Notes under the pieces: model-generated | What the model was told of the DNA's origin: nothing | Seen by the model: only the letters and a program-made list of their open reading frames with translations | Databases searched by the model: none | Part shown: piece by piece, positions 1 through 10,439 of the stretch | Layout of the letters: the number at the start of each line of letters is the position of its first letter | How positions within the stretch are numbered: position 1 is the stretch's first letter | Source: Bacilli bacterium | Lineage (GTDB): Bacteria > Bacillota_I > Bacilli_A > RFN20 > CAG-826 | Length of the DNA stretch: 64,000 bases | Assembly: GCA_017477255.1 (NCBI GenBank) | Contig: JAFUXB010000004.1 | Coordinates: forward strand, 81,132-145,131 | Direction: 5' to 3' | Position numbers and translations under genes: made by a program

Positions 1-1451
1 GGAATCCTTTAAAAGAACCAGTCAATGCAGTTAAAGAATTATTACTTGCTCAAGATAAATGTGGAACTATCAAATATGATGTCTTTAATTCATATATTGA
101 TCCTTTCTATGAAATTGTTATGGCATCACCAATTAATACAAATCAAAATCAATGGGGTGCTTTTAATAGATGGTCAACTGATCAACAAATCGTCAAAATG
201 AACGTTATTAAAAACAATTTCTTCCAATATTCACCATCTTGGTATATTGCAACTGGGCCATTTAAACTTGATACATTCTCAGCAACTCAAATCTTATTAA
301 CTAAGAATGAATATTACTGGAATGCTAAAAATATTGGATTTGAAAAAATTAAATTATATTCATCCAATGACTTAAATCAAACTTATTCATTAATTACAAA
401 TGGATATGTAACATATTATGATGGCTTTATTCAACAAGATACTTTAGAAGGAATGCTTGCTTCAAATGAAGACTTACTTAATTTAAAAATGTATGATCCA
501 GGTTCAATTGGACTTACATTTAACTTAGAAAAACCAATCTTTACAGAAAAAGTAAGAGAAGCTTTCCAATATATCTTTGATAGAGATGAAATTAGACTTA
601 GTGCTAACCCATATGCAACTACAAGCTATTATCCTTTAATTGGTATGGCAGCTAGTGAAGCAGAAAGATATATGAGTAAAGAACACTTTGAAGAATTACC
701 AAAATATGAAAATAATACTGCAAAAGCTGAATCTTTATTAAATGAAGCTGGTTGGAGTAAAAGAGATGGAAGATGGTACATCGGTGATAATGAAGTCTCA
801 TTAACTTTAGGTGCTCCATCAAGTCACGATATTTCTTCAACTGCAGCAGAAGCTACAGCAGCTCAACTTGAAAAATTTGGAATTAAAACTAAAGTCTTAA
901 AATCAACCGCATTCTATGGAAATGCTGAAAGTGAACACAGTGTTTATGATTTAACTTTAGAATGGACTGATTTAAATATGTCATTCAGTTATCCAACTGG
1001 ATCTTATAACCAATTTGCAAATATTTACTCAAAATGGTGCCACGTTCCTAGATATGCTGGAAACTATGTAGATCCACAAAAAGCAGGACAAGTTAAATTA
1101 ATCTTTAATGGATTAGATGGAGATACAAAAACTTATGAATTCGCCGATTACATCAATTCTTTCTATTCAGTAAGTGAAGAACAATTAAAATATTTAGTCG
1201 ATGTATTTAATCTTGGTTTATCAAAAATGAATCTTGGAATTCAATTCTTCCAAAACGTTACTGCATCAACATATAATGCATCTCATATTACTGGTATTCC
1301 TTTAGAACAATATTGGAAAGAAAATAGAAATGTTTCATATGTTCCACCTGTTATGTCAGAAGATTTCTTTATTGTAGCTAGAACTAATTTACCATTCGCA
1401 ACTAACTACAATATTGCTTATGGAGTTTATCAACCAAATAAAGCTCAATAA
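1..1451 (+). CDS. ABC transporter substrate-binding protein, family 5 (OppA/DppA-like), 5'-truncated by the window edge
   Basis: Frame is open from position 3. Contains the family-5 motifs TGPFKL, VREAFQYIFDRDEI and KAESLLNEAGW. First gene of an opp-like operon. Confidence 0.85.
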   Translation, partial: NPLKEPVNAVKELLLAQDKCGTIKYDVFNSYIDPFYEIVMASPINTNQNQWGAFNRWSTDQQIVKMNVIKNNFFQYSPSWYIATGPFKLDTFSATQILLTKNEYYWNAKNIGFEKIKLYSSNDLNQTYSLITNGYVTYYDGFIQQDTLEGMLASNEDLLNLKMYDPGSIGLTFNLEKPIFTEKVREAFQYIFDRDEIRLSANPYATTSYYPLIGMAASEAERYMSKEHFEELPKYENNTAKAESLLNEAGWSKRDGRWYIGDNEVSLTLGAPSSHDISSTAAEATAAQLEKFGIKTKVLKSTAFYGNAESEHSVYDLTLEWTDLNMSFSYPTGSYNQFANIYSKWCHVPRYAGNYVDPQKAGQVKLIFNGLDGDTKTYEFADYINSFYSVSEEQLKYLVDVFNLGLSKMNLGIQFFQNVTASTYNASHITGIPLEQYWKENRNVSYVPPVMSEDFFIVARTNLPFATNYNIAYGVYQPNKAQ

Positions 1452-1470
1452 TTAGGTTTATTAAAAATTT

Positions 1471-2541
1471 ATGAAAGAAAATACGCCAATAATCGTAGAT
1501 AAAAAGAAAAACACTTTCTGGGAAGTTGTTTTAAAATTCCTTACAAAGTATAGATATTTCTTTGCTAAGATAGGAATTTCTATTTTAACATTGGCGCTTT
1601 CTACTATTCTTTTATTCTTTATTTTAAGAAAAATTCCTGGAGATATTGTTGAACTTTACGCTTTAAAATTACAAAATGCTCAAGGAATTACATATGATAG
1701 AGCTTATGAACTTGCAAAATCTTTATTAAATTTTGATCCAAATGAGAATGTTTTTGCTGCATTTTTCAGATATATTGGTGGTTTATTTAAAGGTCAACTT
1801 GGTGAAAGTTATCTTGAAACCGGAGTTAGTGCAAATTCATTAATTAAAACTCGTCTACCTTGGACTTTATTTATATCAAGTGTTGCTTTATTTTTATCTT
1901 TCTTTATTGGAACAAATATTGGAGGATTTATCGCAACAAGAAGAAATGGAATTGCTAATAAAATTTCTTCTTCATATATAGCAATTACTGGATCTATTCC
2001 AGATTATTTAATTGCTTTAATTTTAGTTATTATTTTTGGATATAACTTAAAATGGTTCCCAACACAAAATAACTACGATGCATTCAGTGTTACTCCTGGA
2101 TTTAACTTCCCATTTATTGGTAGTGTTTTATATTATGCAGCACTTCCAATTTTATCTTATACAATAGTTCAAACTGGTGTTTGGATTTTACATATGAGAG
2201 GAAGTGCAATTGGAGTTTTAGGAGAAGATTATATTTTAGCTGCTAAAGCTAGAGGGTTAAAAGAGTCAACAATTAGAAGAAGATATGTTAAAAAGAACGC
2301 ATTACTTCCTTTAATTACAATGCTTGGAGTATCATTTGGTTCACTTTTTGGTGGAGCCACTTTAATGGAATCAATTTTTAATTATCCAGGTATTGGTCTA
2401 GAGATTTCAAATAGAATTGTTAATAAAGATTACATGGTTGTTCAAGGATTAATTTTCTTTAGTGCAGCTATGGTAATTATCGTTAATTTAGTGGTTGATT
2501 TACTTTATCCACTAATTGATCCAAGAGTTAGGGAGAAATAA
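1471..2541 (+). CDS. oppB: Opp/Dpp-type ABC permease 1
   Basis: LGES, EDYILAAKARGL (EAA loop), ESIFNYPGIG and C-terminal DLLYPLIDPRVR. Confidence 0.92.
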   Translation: MKENTPIIVDKKKNTFWEVVLKFLTKYRYFFAKIGISILTLALSTILLFFILRKIPGDIVELYALKLQNAQGITYDRAYELAKSLLNFDPNENVFAAFFRYIGGLFKGQLGESYLETGVSANSLIKTRLPWTLFISSVALFLSFFIGTNIGGFIATRRNGIANKISSSYIAITGSIPDYLIALILVIIFGYNLKWFPTQNNYDAFSVTPGFNFPFIGSVLYYAALPILSYTIVQTGVWILHMRGSAIGVLGEDYILAAKARGLKESTIRRRYVKKNALLPLITMLGVSFGSLFGGATLMESIFNYPGIGLEISNRIVNKDYMVVQGLIFFSAAMVIIVNLVVDLLYPLIDPRVREK

Positions 2542-2543
2542 TT

Positions 2544-3452
2544 ATGAATAAGGAAAAATTTAGTGATTTTCTCTCTACTTTAAAGATTTTCTTTAAAAAC
2601 TTAGGTCATAATCTTTTAAATTTCTTAAAGAAGATTTTCTCAAGTAAGAAAACAATAATTGGATTTGTTTTAATTATGGTCTTTGTATTTATTGGAATAT
2701 TTGGACCATTAATTTTCCCTTATGATCAAAATACAGATGTTGCTAATAAATATTTACTTCCTTCAACTGAGCATTTCTTTGGTACAGATTGGCTAGGAAG
2801 AGATGTATTTAGACAAGTAATAGCAGGTACAAGTTCAGTATTAGAAATTGCTTTCTTTACTGCAATTTTCACAGTTACAATCGGAACTATTTTAGGAATC
2901 ATAAGTGGGTATGTTGGTGGAGTAGTAGATAAAATTATTATGTCTATTACTAATATTTTCTTATCAATTCCTTCATTCCCTGTTTATTTACTTTTAGCAG
3001 CTTTAATTACTTTAGAATCAAGTGTATCTTTAGCTTTAATTATTTCTTTATGGAGCTGGGCTGGACTTTGTAGATCAATTAGAGTTCAAGTAATGTCTAT
3101 TAAAGAAAGAGATTATATTCAAATATGTAAAGTTATGCATATGTCTACTTTCCATATTATTTTTAGAGAAATAATGCCAAATGTATTTTCTTATATTGCT
3201 GTAAATTTTGTTGTAGCAATGAGAAATGCAATTATGGCTAGTGTTGGAATTATGCTTGTAGGACTTGCTGCATATGACCCAACTAACTGGGGAGCAATAA
3301 TAAATGCTGCAAGAATGAAAGGTTTAGTTAATTATAAAAACATTTTAATTATGATTTACCCTTTAGTTTTTATAATTATTTTCCAAATTTCTACACTTTT
3401 ACTTTCAAATGGATTAGATGAAACTCTTAATCCTCGTTTAAAGGTCAAATAA
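2544..3452 (+). CDS. oppC: Opp/Dpp-type ABC permease 2
   Basis: PSTEHFFGTDWLGRD, GIISGYVGG and GLDETLNPR; hydrophobic segments. Confidence 0.92.
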   Translation: MNKEKFSDFLSTLKIFFKNLGHNLLNFLKKIFSSKKTIIGFVLIMVFVFIGIFGPLIFPYDQNTDVANKYLLPSTEHFFGTDWLGRDVFRQVIAGTSSVLEIAFFTAIFTVTIGTILGIISGYVGGVVDKIIMSITNIFLSIPSFPVYLLLAALITLESSVSLALIISLWSWAGLCRSIRVQVMSIKERDYIQICKVMHMSTFHIIFREIMPNVFSYIAVNFVVAMRNAIMASVGIMLVGLAAYDPTNWGAIINAARMKGLVNYKNILIMIYPLVFIIIFQISTLLLSNGLDETLNPRLKVK

Positions 3453-3461
3453 GGTAAAAAT

Positions 3462-4463
3462 ATGAAAGAAAATATTGTTGAATTCAAAAATATTTCCATA
3501 GATTACCCTATGAAAAAATATACATTAAGAGCTGTAAATAACGTATCTTTAAACGTAAAAAGAGGAAAAATTACTGCTTTAGTTGGAGAAAGTGGAAGTG
3601 GAAAAACAACTTTATCAAGCTCACTTATTAGATGTATTTCTGAACCTGGAATTATAGCTGAAGGTGAAGTAATTTTTAATTCAAATGATGGAAGTTTAAT
3701 TAATGTAGAAAAATTAAAAGAAAAAGAACTTCGTTCATTTAGATGGGAAAAAGTTTCGATGGTCTTCCAAGCAGCTCAAAGTGCCTTAAATCCAGTTTTA
3801 ACTGTTAGACAACAATTTTATGAAACTTTAGATGAACATGGAATTAAGCTTACAAAAGAAGAAAAAGAAGCTAAATGCTTAAAGATTTTAGATTTTGTTA
3901 AACTTGATTCAAAAAGAGTTATTGATTGTTATCCTCATGAATTAAGTGGTGGAATGAAACAACGTGTAATGATTGCTTTCTCTTTACTCCTTGATCCTGA
4001 AGTTATTATTTTAGATGAACCTACAACAGCACTAGATGTTATTACTCAACATTACATCTTTAATTTATTAAAAGAAATCAATAAAACAATGAATATTTCA
4101 ATGCTTTTAATGACACATGATATTTCCGTAGTTGCGAGTTTTGCCGATTACATCGCAGTAATGTATGGTGGAAGAGTTATGGAATATGGAAGTGTTGAAG
4201 AAGTATTTAAAAATAAATTACATCCTTATACAAAGGGATTAATTAATGCGACTCCATCAATTATTGGAAATATTGATGATGTTAGACCAATCGATGGAAG
4301 ACCTCCAAATATGTTAGACCTTCCAAAAGGATGTGTATTTTCAGATAGATGCCCATTTGCTAAAGATATCTGTAAAGAAAAAGAACCTGAAACTTTATAT
4401 AAAGAAGATGGAAGCTTTATTAAATGTCACTTATTTTTAGGAGGAGAAGACAATGGAAAATAA
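3462..4463 (+). CDS. oppD: Opp/Dpp-type ABC ATPase
   Basis: Walker A GESGSGKT, YPHELSGGMKQR, DEPTTALD, and C-terminal HPYT plus Cys-rich oligo_HPY domain. Confidence 0.95.
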   Translation: MKENIVEFKNISIDYPMKKYTLRAVNNVSLNVKRGKITALVGESGSGKTTLSSSLIRCISEPGIIAEGEVIFNSNDGSLINVEKLKEKELRSFRWEKVSMVFQAAQSALNPVLTVRQQFYETLDEHGIKLTKEEKEAKCLKILDFVKLDSKRVIDCYPHELSGGMKQRVMIAFSLLLDPEVIILDEPTTALDVITQHYIFNLLKEINKTMNISMLLMTHDISVVASFADYIAVMYGGRVMEYGSVEEVFKNKLHPYTKGLINATPSIIGNIDDVRPIDGRPPNMLDLPKGCVFSDRCPFAKDICKEKEPETLYKEDGSFIKCHLFLGGEDNGK

Positions 4464-5454
4464 AACTCCTCTATTAAGTTTAAAAAATATAAACATGGTT
4501 TTTAAAAAACCTGGATCTTTATTAAAAGATCAATATATTCACGTTTTACGTGATATTTCACTTGATATTTATGCAGGTGAAATCATTGCCTTAGTTGGAG
4601 AATCTGGATGTGGAAAAACAACTTTAGGCAAAATAATTACTGGATTATACAAACCAACTTCCGGGGAAATTTATTTTGAAGGAAATAAGGTTAGTGGGAT
4701 ATTTGATAAAAAAGTAACTTCATTTAATGAAATTCAATTTATTCAACAGGATAGTTACGCAGCTTTAAACCCTGTTAGAACAATTTATCAAAGTCTATAT
4801 GCTCCAATTAAAAATAAGCATAAAAAGTGGAGCAAAAAAGAGGTTGATGCAAAAATTGAAGAATTAATGCAGATTATTGGTCTTTATCCTAGTGAACAAT
4901 ATCTTTCAAAATATCCTCATCAACTTAGTGGTGGTCAACGTCAAAGAATTTTAATGGCTAGAGCAATTTCGCTTGAACCAAAATTAATTGTTGCTGATGA
5001 ACCAGTAAGTATGATTGATGTTTCGTTAAGACTTTCAATCTTAAATTTAATGAAAGAACTTAATGAAAAATTAAAGATGTCGTTTGTATATATATCGCAT
5101 GATTTATCGACTTCAAGATACTTTGCAGCAAATGGTAAAGTTGCAGTCATGTATCTAGGTGAAATTGTCGAACTTGGACAAATAGCTGATGTGATTTCTC
5201 ATCCATCCCATCCTTATACAAGGGCTTTAGTCCAAGCAGTACCAGTTCCTGATCCTACTTATAAAGGAGCAGACGAACTTCCACTTAAATCGATGCAACT
5301 TGGATCACTTGAAGATCGAACAGAAGGCTGTAGTTTTAAAGAAAGGTGTTTATATTGCACTAGTGAGTGTAATAAAAAACAAACTTATCAGTCTTCAAAA
5401 ACAGCACAAGTGCTTTGCTGCAATTTAAGCACTGTTCTTGACAAAGATAAATAA
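4453..5454 (+). CDS. oppF: Opp/Dpp-type ABC ATPase
   Basis: GESGCGKT, YPHQLSGGQRQR, DEPVSMID and HPYTRAL. Confidence 0.95.
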   Translation: MENKTPLLSLKNINMVFKKPGSLLKDQYIHVLRDISLDIYAGEIIALVGESGCGKTTLGKIITGLYKPTSGEIYFEGNKVSGIFDKKVTSFNEIQFIQQDSYAALNPVRTIYQSLYAPIKNKHKKWSKKEVDAKIEELMQIIGLYPSEQYLSKYPHQLSGGQRQRILMARAISLEPKLIVADEPVSMIDVSLRLSILNLMKELNEKLKMSFVYISHDLSTSRYFAANGKVAVMYLGEIVELGQIADVISHPSHPYTRALVQAVPVPDPTYKGADELPLKSMQLGSLEDRTEGCSFKERCLYCTSECNKKQTYQSSKTAQVLCCNLSTVLDKDK

Positions 5455-5467
5455 TAGGAGGGCAAAA

Positions 5468-8400
5468 ATGAAGTCAAAAACTAAAGTTGTTACATTTATG
5501 TTAAGTGCTTTAGCGTTTGCCGCTTTAACAGGAGCAAGCGCTACTAATTTAAGCAGAAATGTTCCATCAAAACCAAATTTGAAATTAGTTACTCCAAAAA
5601 AAGCTGCTGAGGAGGACGATGTACTTTTTAAAGAAGATTTTACTCAAGAAACAAGTACATGGGCTAATTTCGATTTTATCGATGGAAAGGCAGTTTATAA
5701 TGCTGCTGGAACTTGGACTAATGTACCAATTCCTGCATCTGCTTTCGTTGAAAGTAATAACTACGAATTTTCAATGCACATTAAGTACACTGATTCTCAA
5801 TCTGTTTTTTTACACCTTGCTCATGCTGATGGTGATGGTGAAAATAGAAACCTTTATTTAGAGATTATTGGTGGCGGTGCATTCTGGAGGTTTGCAAATT
5901 TTGGTGAGTGTGATATTTATGATAACTCTGGTGAAGATCAAGGATCATTAGGTCAAAACTTCCAATCAAAATTGCAAAACGAGGGAATCGAATTAAAATT
6001 TGTTGTTTTAGATGAAGTTATCGAAATTTATGGTGAAGGAAGAAGAATAATTTCTGTACCATATACTGCTTTTGGTAATAATAGATACGGAACTAAAACA
6101 AGAAGAGCAATTAAGAAAGGTATAATCGATGGATTTGGTATCGATTGTAGAGGTGCTGCAGGATCATTAATTATTGATAAATTTGAAATGAGAGAAGCTA
6201 AAAAAGCTGAAACTTATTATCATTTTGAAAACAAAATTACTGATGGTTTCTATACAATGCCTTTAACTTATAAGAATTTATATAGAGAAAACTTCAGTGT
6301 TTCTGCTGATTTTGAAGTTCATAGAGGATTAGTTGAAAATGGTGAAAATCATGCTTATCCAAAAATTCAACTTTTAATGAACCAAATTATTCCAAATGAA
6401 GGAGTTACATTAAGTGATCCATCTAACTTCCTTAATTTCCAAGAATATCTTGACCGTGAATTCCAAACTGCTTGGCTTGGTGGAATTTCACCTTCAACTG
6501 GTAGCTGGGCAGGTGCTGGTGGACAATATGTTCAATCAAAATTTGATGATACTAAATTTAATATGACTGTTGATGTTAATGGCGATAATATCAAAATGAC
6601 AACAAGAGCTTTAGAAGGACCAGATGCAGCTCATAGTGTCGATGTAATCGAAACATCATTTGCTAATTTAGGTTTAACTAAAGGTAAATTATTAGCAGTT
6701 AGACTTCAAAATGAATGGACAAATGTCTTAAATGGAACATATATCGGTTATGAAGGAAATACTGGTATTATTTCAACAATTAGCGGAAATAGATTCTTAA
6801 GTGGTAGAGAAGTTGTCGCTAATGCTCAAGTTTTTGGTCAAGCACTTGCTGATGGAGCTTGGTATTTAGATGGAACAAAAACTGAAGTTACTGGCTTAGA
6901 ATTTAAATCAAGTGCAATTGCTGTTGGTAATCACACATTAGCTTATGGTAATGATACAGTTAAATCAAATCCAGTTTCATTTGAAGTATTTGATAACTTA
7001 ATTACAATTAGTGCCGATAAAACCGAACTTTATCCAATCGACACAATTAAAATCACTGCTGAAAAAGAAGGTGATTTCACTGGACTTGAAACTTCTTGGG
7101 AAGTTAATGGTGTTAAAGTTGAAGGCGAAACTGGTGATGAATTAGAACTCACTGATTTAGAAGTTGGTGATTATGAAGTAGTTTGTAAAGCTGGAACTTA
7201 TATATCAAATAAAGTTTCATTTACAGTTAAAACTCCAACAATTAAAGTTGAAGCTTCAAAAGGTGCTTATGATGTTAGTGAAAAAGCATTATTAAAAGCA
7301 ACTACTGCCGGTTTATCTGATGATGATCATCTTGTATGGTATGCAAATGATGAAATCTTAGAACAAACTGGTAAAGAAATTGAATTACCACTCGCTGCAT
7401 ATGAAGAAGCTGGCCAAGTTGAAATTTATGCATTAAGTGCAAGCGGAATCGAATCAAATAAGATCACTTTATTTATTACTCATGATGTTTATGCAAGACT
7501 TTCTGGTGATGAAAACTGGAAATGTGCTTATAAACAAGAAATTGCTGAAAATGATACATTTGGAGCATATAGTGCTGTAGCAGATACTGATGGATCATTC
7601 TATTACATGCCACAAAATAGTGATGGTGGAAATGATGCTCAATTCCCAGCAGTTACTATTGAAACTCAATTATGGTCAATGGAATATGATTTATTCATTC
7701 CTGAAAGTGTAAAAGGCTATGGTGGTGAATATTATGTTTACCCACAAGCTGCTGGAATGGATAGCAAACATCCAAATGACTTTATCGAACTTGCATTAGG
7801 AGTCGGTAACGCAAAAGTTAGACCATATGTTAAAACTCACGAAGCTGGTGTTATTTATGAATATAAAGATTTCAACACTGGTTTAGATTTAACTTATGGA
7901 GAAGGAGTTGTTGATTTTGGTTGGAACCACATAGTTTATGCTATGGAAGGTAACACAGGTACTTTCTATATCAATGGAAAATTAGCATTCTATGCTACAA
8001 TTCCTAATTCAACTGTTCCTGGTGGATTTGTTATGTCAATGTATCCAGGTGCTGGTGGAAAGATTCCTCTAGGATTTAAAAACTTCTCAGTTTATGGTGT
8101 TGTTGAACCAGCTCCAGAAGTTGCTGCAGTTAATTTAAGTGCATCAGCAGTTAGTATTAAAGTTGGTCAAACAGCTATATTTAGTGCATCAGTTAGCCCA
8201 TATAATGCTGAATATGAAACTATTGAATGGTATGTAAATGGACAAAAAGTTGAAGGTGAAAATAAATTAACTTATACATTTACAGGAACTGCCGCAGGAT
8301 CATATGAAATTATGTGTAAGATTGATGGCATCGAATCAAATAAAAAGACAATAACTGTCACTGAAGAAGGACAATCTGGTGGCGATGAAGGAAGCAAAAA

Positions 8401-8500
8401 GAAAGGTTGTGGTGGCGAAGTTATCGCAACTAGCGCACTTGTTTCTATCGTTGCAATCAGTGCTTTAGGATTAGCTATTGCTAAGAAAAAACAAAAATAA
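5468..8500 (+). CDS. Large secreted surface protein with ConA/LamG-like and Ig-like domains and a C-terminal GCGG-TM-basic tail
   Basis: Start moved to ATG 5468 after the RBS AGGAGG. Signal peptide, beta-rich lectin-like segments (WNHIVYAMEGNTGTFYING), Ig-like repeats (WYVNGQKVEG), and the ending KKKGCGG + hydrophobic helix + KKKQK. Confidence 0.7.
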   Translation: MKSKTKVVTFMLSALAFAALTGASATNLSRNVPSKPNLKLVTPKKAAEEDDVLFKEDFTQETSTWANFDFIDGKAVYNAAGTWTNVPIPASAFVESNNYEFSMHIKYTDSQSVFLHLAHADGDGENRNLYLEIIGGGAFWRFANFGECDIYDNSGEDQGSLGQNFQSKLQNEGIELKFVVLDEVIEIYGEGRRIISVPYTAFGNNRYGTKTRRAIKKGIIDGFGIDCRGAAGSLIIDKFEMREAKKAETYYHFENKITDGFYTMPLTYKNLYRENFSVSADFEVHRGLVENGENHAYPKIQLLMNQIIPNEGVTLSDPSNFLNFQEYLDREFQTAWLGGISPSTGSWAGAGGQYVQSKFDDTKFNMTVDVNGDNIKMTTRALEGPDAAHSVDVIETSFANLGLTKGKLLAVRLQNEWTNVLNGTYIGYEGNTGIISTISGNRFLSGREVVANAQVFGQALADGAWYLDGTKTEVTGLEFKSSAIAVGNHTLAYGNDTVKSNPVSFEVFDNLITISADKTELYPIDTIKITAEKEGDFTGLETSWEVNGVKVEGETGDELELTDLEVGDYEVVCKAGTYISNKVSFTVKTPTIKVEASKGAYDVSEKALLKATTAGLSDDDHLVWYANDEILEQTGKEIELPLAAYEEAGQVEIYALSASGIESNKITLFITHDVYARLSGDENWKCAYKQEIAENDTFGAYSAVADTDGSFYYMPQNSDGGNDAQFPAVTIETQLWSMEYDLFIPESVKGYGGEYYVYPQAAGMDSKHPNDFIELALGVGNAKVRPYVKTHEAGVIYEYKDFNTGLDLTYGEGVVDFGWNHIVYAMEGNTGTFYINGKLAFYATIPNSTVPGGFVMSMYPGAGGKIPLGFKNFSVYGVVEPAPEVAAVNLSASAVSIKVGQTAIFSASVSPYNAEYETIEWYVNGQKVEGENKLTYTFTGTAAGSYEIMCKIDGIESNKKTITVTEEGQSGGDEGSKKKGCGGEVIATSALVSIVAISALGLAIAKKKQK

Positions 8501-8517
8501 TTTGTTTTAACTTATAA

Positions 8518-8545
8518 TAAGAGAGCGGGATTTCCCGCTCTCTTA
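8518..8545 (+). terminator. Intra-operon hairpin (terminator or mRNA-stabilising stem)
   Basis: Perfect inverted repeat TAAGAGAGCGGGA / TCCCGCTCTCTTA just after the stop at 8500. Confidence 0.7.
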
Positions 8546-8558
8546 TAAATAAAATATT

Positions 8559-10439
8559 ATGAAATGTAAGAGATTTATTTCTTTAGTATCAATTATGCTT
8601 TTATTAGGTGGAACTTCATGTAAAAAAGAAACTAAAAATGAAGAAGTTTTTAGTTATGATGATTTATATAAATCAGTTTATAAAGAACCTTTTAATTTAA
8701 ATGATAATAAATCATCGAAACCTCTTTATGGATTTACTAATAACACTTACCAAGGTTTTAATAATTGGTATTTTTTATATGATGATCTTAAAGAAATGAA
8801 TTTTGATAAAAATAAAGGGGCTTTTGTAGGAAATAACAACATTTTAAAAGAAAATGAAATTACTTTAAAAGGAAAAGTAACCTTAAAATATATCGCAGAA
8901 TTTAGTGGTGAATCTTTTATTTATGGATTTGTTAAACATGATAAAAATTCAAAAAAGAGTGCGGATTTGAAGGTTTATTTAAAAAATAACGTTGTTTTTA
9001 CTAAGTCAATTTCAAACGTAGAAACAGATGGAATTTATTTTGAAAGTAGTAAATTTAATTTAAATGTTAATGATGAAATTTTAATTGAAATAAGTTCAGA
9101 AGACGCCTTAATTCATTTTGAACCAGTTATTACTTCAAATTCTTCAAATAATGAATCTTTATATCATTTAAATGATTTTAATGAGCAATATGGTGATGTT
9201 TTCCCTTGGTATAACGAAGAAGAACACACATTATATATGCGTTATTTATATTCTCCTGATGCTACAAATGGTGATTTTTATAATCAGATTGATTTATCAA
9301 CAAATTTAGTAAGAATGAAAACTTATCCTGAAGCAGGAAATTATGAAATTTGGGAAAAGCAAAGACAAAATTATGATTTAAATTTTGTATTTGATTGTAA
9401 TAGATTTATTGATCGAACTGAATACACTTATGGAATTAGAGATTGCATGCTTTATAGAGATAAAGAAAATGGAAGATTTTTATTAATTGGAGGATGTTAT
9501 CGTACTTTTAGTGGTCCAATTTGGGATAGTGATTTAATGATTTATGCTAGTGATGATGATATGGCTTTAAGTTGGAGTAAACCAGGAGTTCCTGTTGAAA
9601 CTAATATAAAAAGTCATTTACCTGAATGTCCATCACTATTAAAAATAGGTGATAGATGGTATACATTTGTTTCAATGAGTCACGTTACTACACATCAAAT
9701 CGGAGCTTTACAATATCGAATTGGTGATAAAGATAAAGATTGTTTAGATGTAAACTGGATGGATAAAGACGTTTATTATTTAGATGGAGAAGATTTATGT
9801 GCTGCTAGACCTACACAAATTGGTGATAAAACTTATATGTGGGGCTGGATTACTGCATCTTATGATGGAGTCCCAATGAAACCTTGGGCAGGATATTTAA
9901 ACTTACCTAGAGAAGTTGTTCAAAGAAGTGATGGTTCACTTGGTGGAAGAATGGATCCAGGACTTGAAAAATTCTTAAATTATGGAAAATTAGTTGATAC
10001 ACCAAAAATTGATTTAACTTCAAATAATATGACTATAGTTAGAAATAATAATTATAGAAATTTAGTTAAATTTAATGCTTCTTTAAAAAACACAAATGAA
10101 ATTAGCTATTGTATTGTTCAAAATAAAAAACTTTATAAAGTCTCGTTAATTAAAGAAAATAATGAGGTTTTGATGCAAATTTCATCTCCAGATGACCCAA
10201 AGCATAAAATAAATTCAACTTTAAAAGTTCATTCTCCATCAGCTGATGATAATTATGAAATTAAAATTGTAATTGATGGAAGAATAATAGAATTTTTCGT
10301 AAATGATGATAATGCTTTAAGTGCATCAACATCGATGATTAAAACTGATGCTTATGATTCTTATTTATTATCAAGTGGAGATACTAGCATCTCTAATTTT
10401 AAAATTTATCGATTAAGGAGTTATTATGACTGTGAATAA
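8559..10439 (+). CDS. GH32-family (beta-fructofuranosidase-like) lipoprotein
   Basis: Lipobox GTSC; catalytic-type motifs YGDVFP (nucleophile), IRDC and PECP; WGW, LNLPREV and a C-terminal beta-sandwich (DGRIIEFFVND). Confidence 0.8.
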   Translation: MKCKRFISLVSIMLLLGGTSCKKETKNEEVFSYDDLYKSVYKEPFNLNDNKSSKPLYGFTNNTYQGFNNWYFLYDDLKEMNFDKNKGAFVGNNNILKENEITLKGKVTLKYIAEFSGESFIYGFVKHDKNSKKSADLKVYLKNNVVFTKSISNVETDGIYFESSKFNLNVNDEILIEISSEDALIHFEPVITSNSSNNESLYHLNDFNEQYGDVFPWYNEEEHTLYMRYLYSPDATNGDFYNQIDLSTNLVRMKTYPEAGNYEIWEKQRQNYDLNFVFDCNRFIDRTEYTYGIRDCMLYRDKENGRFLLIGGCYRTFSGPIWDSDLMIYASDDDMALSWSKPGVPVETNIKSHLPECPSLLKIGDRWYTFVSMSHVTTHQIGALQYRIGDKDKDCLDVNWMDKDVYYLDGEDLCAARPTQIGDKTYMWGWITASYDGVPMKPWAGYLNLPREVVQRSDGSLGGRMDPGLEKFLNYGKLVDTPKIDLTSNNMTIVRNNNYRNLVKFNASLKNTNEISYCIVQNKKLYKVSLIKENNEVLMQISSPDDPKHKINSTLKVHSPSADDNYEIKIVIDGRIIEFFVNDDNALSASTSMIKTDAYDSYLLSSGDTSISNFKIYRLRSYYDCE

